From Oikopleura dioica (taxonomy: Eukaryota; Animalia; Chordata): 64,000 nt of DNA. A program made the translations under genes and the position numbers. Location of the stretch: the NCBI GenBank assembly GCA_907165135.1, contig OU015569.1:6944001-7008000 (forward strand), in the 5' to 3' direction. Below are positions 60,653 through 64,000 of the stretch, in pieces; position 1 is the stretch's first letter, and every line of letters begins with the position of its first letter. A model generated the notes under the pieces. It saw nothing but the letters and a program-made list of their open reading frames with translations. It did no database searches and was not told the origin of the DNA.

Positions 60653-63326
60653 CATTCGAGAATTTGCCGGTTCGGAAATATCTCTTGAATTATCTTGTAA
60701 GTTTGCAATTAAATTGAATGGTCGTTTATCAAATAGAAACTTTGATATTATGGATGCCGGGAAATTTGAACAAGACTTTACTGGTAGGATTCCTACCGTA
60801 GGAAGCCAAATTAGTCTGGGCGATATAAGTTTATGGGTTTTACGCATCGATAGTCGTTATTCATCAACTTTATATAGAATTAGTGGGGCGAGATCGAAGT
60901 GGAATTTCAACAGAGGTGTGCATATTACAGTACTCTTCAGCGCTGTGATTTATGTAACTCGACTTTTCGGCCTTTATCTCGAGCTGATCCTTTTGAGCGC
61001 GCGGCGAGCTTGAATGCAACAGTAATCTTGTAATTTTCCGTCAGAGTGCGCAGATAAATCACCCGGCCTGCGAAGTAGACTTATTCTGGTAGATTTAAGT
61101 ACTGCACATCGAGAGAACTTTTTTCTGCATGAAGATCTATCGCGAAATGGTGAGTACCGGTGATTCGCTGAATAAATCATGCGAAACTAATGTCACCTTC
61201 TTCTTTCTCTCGGGGCACTGTAAAGCGAAAGATCGCGGCCAGAGACACCAGCTTAACATGCTTTTGATTGCATGTTCTATGAGATATCTTGAACCGTTCC
61301 AGTGATGGCAAGCGGGTTTGATAAGGTGAATTGCGAATCTATATTTATGCGGGGATTTAAAGGTGATAGCGTTTCCTCGTTGAAAAGCCATTGCGCCTTT
61401 TTAATCGATAGGATGGATGATGGCTTGATTGGTAATATGCAGGGCTGCTAATGATATCAAAAGTATTAATGTCCTGGGATGACCAGGCGAGCAGATTATC
61501 CGGCATCACAGTCGCTCTCGAACAGTGACAACGTCCCTTTTAGAAAAATCAACCATTCCAAATAACTGAGAAGCGCTATGAAAGGCAAAAAAAGAGATTC
61601 CGAATAGCCAAGAAGTAGGTAAATCCTAGAAGTAGGAGCTTGCTGAAATTATCAATTTTGAAAGTGTATTTTGGCTGCAAATGCGATCACTACACCCTTA
61701 ATCGCTCGTTAGTGTCGAGAGCATCCTTTATCGCCATAAATTATTGAATAATTTAAGCAGTCCTCGAGTTCAGACTGACTTGCGCTATTTTTGTGGGACT
61801 AATTTTATGCAACAGATTTTATTGAACAGAAAATAATTCTGATATGAGATAAGCAATTTTTTTCGTTGAGTCGATTATTGCGTAAAGAAAAAACAGTGTA
61901 TTCGAGCCTGTAGTTCATTCATCGCGGAGCGAAAATTATGCACCTGTTTTATAATTGATACGATAATGACAAAGGGTCATTATAGTGAAACGCGGTGTAA
62001 GGTCTTCTATTCCGAAAATATTCAGAATCCCGTCATCTCAGTTTTCTAGCCACTTCTATCGAAAGAGAGTTGCATGAAGCACGCAGCGCTTTGTCCCTTC
62101 TTCGCTTGATTAGTAAGTCACGAGAAAAGTACAATTAAGAAATTAATGGTTGAAATAGATGCAACATTTTAGGATGGCAAAAGATAGGGGTCAACGGTAA
62201 CTCGGCTAGATTTATCACTTTTGAAACGAAACAATATTTAGGTCTCTATTTAGTTCTTCTATTCTTGAGAAATTTCGAAATTGCACTAGTGATTTAATAG
62301 TTCCCTCTTTTGGAACATGGCTGTTACAATTACAAGATAATAGATAGATAAATTTAGATCATCCTTAGGCATTTGCAGTATAAAGTTATTTCTTTGATTG
62401 ATTTGATGAAATGTGCCGCGCCCGGAATCCCCCGGGACTACTTTCAAACGATAACAAAATTATTTGTGTATTAGAGATTTTCGAAAAGTTTAAACACCAC
62501 AGTGAACAGTCGAATCGCGCTTATGAATTAAAAGACAGAGGTAATTTTTTTTACAGTTAATAGATCATCATCCCGTTTGATTTGGTCAGTGCGTATGATG
62601 GGGAAAAACAACCATATAAAAAGAAGTCGACTTTCTTATGAAATCCGTAATAATTTAGCGCATTATAAAAGTGAATCGCTTCCCGGCATCATCTCGATTT
62701 TCATTCATAACAGTTGTTTTCAGATATGCTTCAAAGGAATTGAAACTAAGTTATGGTGAACAACCCCCTCAATGGGTCGACAAAGCACAAGTCTATCCCG
62801 TAAGTATTTATATTTATTTGAGCTGGGAGATGTTTTTGTTTCCAAAAATCGGGATTAAACAAAACGAGTTTTTCATTAATACTATATGATCTTAATTTAA
62901 TCATTCAACAAAGGAAAAGTAATGCGTACATAATATTCCCTTTCGTTGAATTTTTAACTCAAGCGTTGTCTGCCTTTTACCATCTGTCCGAGTGGGAGCT
63001 TCTGCCCACGAGTCACGATAATCCCATGGTCCCCATACATTCTTGCAGGACGAAAAATACGGAACCAGTTTTATGGAGTGGGTCCATAATTTTTAGAGAT
63101 CATTATTATCCACCCATAGATTCGGGGGTCTGACACAATGTGCCTAAATGGCGATGGCGCTCGAGGGCTGCTCAAATTATCAACTTTGTCGAGGGAATTT
63201 TTGTTTTGAAATACATATACTCCTCCCATCATTACCTCTTATCCTCAAAACAGTATATAAATATGAATCGGTACTGTTAAAACGAAGACTCTTTGAATTC
63301 CTCCGTGAAAGAACTAGAGATAAAAT

Positions 63327-63780
63327 ATGACGACATCGGACGAAGACGAAGAACTACCTCGCAGGGGCTCGGATGTCCACCTGACAAGATCAGGCTCGGT
63401 GTCCTGCCGTCGACCCTCAAGACCTCGTCTCTCTTTGTATAATGTCCAGTACAACGCTCGTACTGGCCGACAAAGTATTCCAACGCCCTCGGCGCATATC
63501 GGTGTCGGCGACATTCGAGAAAACGCCATGGGTTTTATGGAGAGTCTTTTTTACGGTCAATACGTGCCTCAGGAAGAGTTCCGATTGCTTTTGGGTCAAT
63601 TAATTTTTCTCTGCAATTAATATTTTTCCGCTTTCAAGATCAGAAAAAATTAATGCCCTGCCCTGCGAAACTTGGCCGAACTCTTAGAAAAGTCAAGGAG
63701 AGAATCAAAAGCGACCCTTCAACAGCGAGTATCGAGGACTTCCCATTCCATAGACACAGAAAATCTAGTCAATACCATAT
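63327..63780 (+). CDS. Uncharacterised spliced gene, 5' part
   Basis: MTTSDEDEELPRRGSDVHLTRSGSVSCRRPS...FMESLFY joins via a GT-AG intron (~63557-63639) to DQKKLMPCPAKLGRTLRKVKERIK...QYHM|GTAAAT. Confidence 0.5.
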
Positions 63781-64000
63781 GGTAAATACCCGCCGTTTAG
63801 ACCCGAGGGAAAACCATACTATTCCCACCATTTAATTATGTTTATATAGAATAATAATATAATTAGAATGACATGCACGCATACTCTTTGAGAGCATCAT
63901 TTATTTATGATCAGAAAAAACACTGTGGACTTTGTGTATCGTCAAAGAATCTATTAAAGCCGGACGCTCCGTTTCCCAGATTAGCGAGCCCAAAAATACC

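Noticed and set aside
62972-62980. GCCTTTTAC matching U5 snRNA loop 1
   Set aside because: Flanks do not form the U5 stem, and no Sm site or other U5 features are present.

Overview
Compact, intron-rich eukaryotic (animal) genomic DNA, most likely the appendicularian tunicate Oikopleura dioica or a close relative. This is an inference from very short introns (mostly 30-100 bp), several introns that only restore conserved protein frames with GA/GG/GC 5' splice sites, and tightly packed co-oriented genes with an AG acceptor just before the ATG. Recognisable genes: a class A peptide-receptor-like GPCR (partial), a LARP6-type RRM gene, U2 snRNA, MAPK15, ZC3H11A-like, a large KMT2C/D (MLL3/4/trr) gene, MIC26/27-like, a small RING gene, and a run of + strand genes: PGP-like HAD phosphatase, CNK, NAA25, ABCE1, a ZC3H14-type PWI/RS gene, a small TPKS-repeat basic protein, an ankyrin gene and an SLC5 symporter. 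Most notable: (1) a 462-bp hAT-like MITE (perfect 18-bp TIRs, 8-bp TSD) inside a KMT2 coding exon that can be removed in frame as an introner-like intron; (2) a KMT2 SET domain that has lost all four zinc ligands and the WIN motif; (3) a 65-bp intron made of an 11-bp AG|GT target duplication around an AT-only palindromic filler, resembling a repair-born intron; (4) an apparent AT-AG intron splitting the catalytic GKP motif of the phosphatase. All gene models were assembled by eye, so boundaries are approximate where stated. No CRISPR, rRNA, tRNA or autonomous transposase/RT ORF was found.
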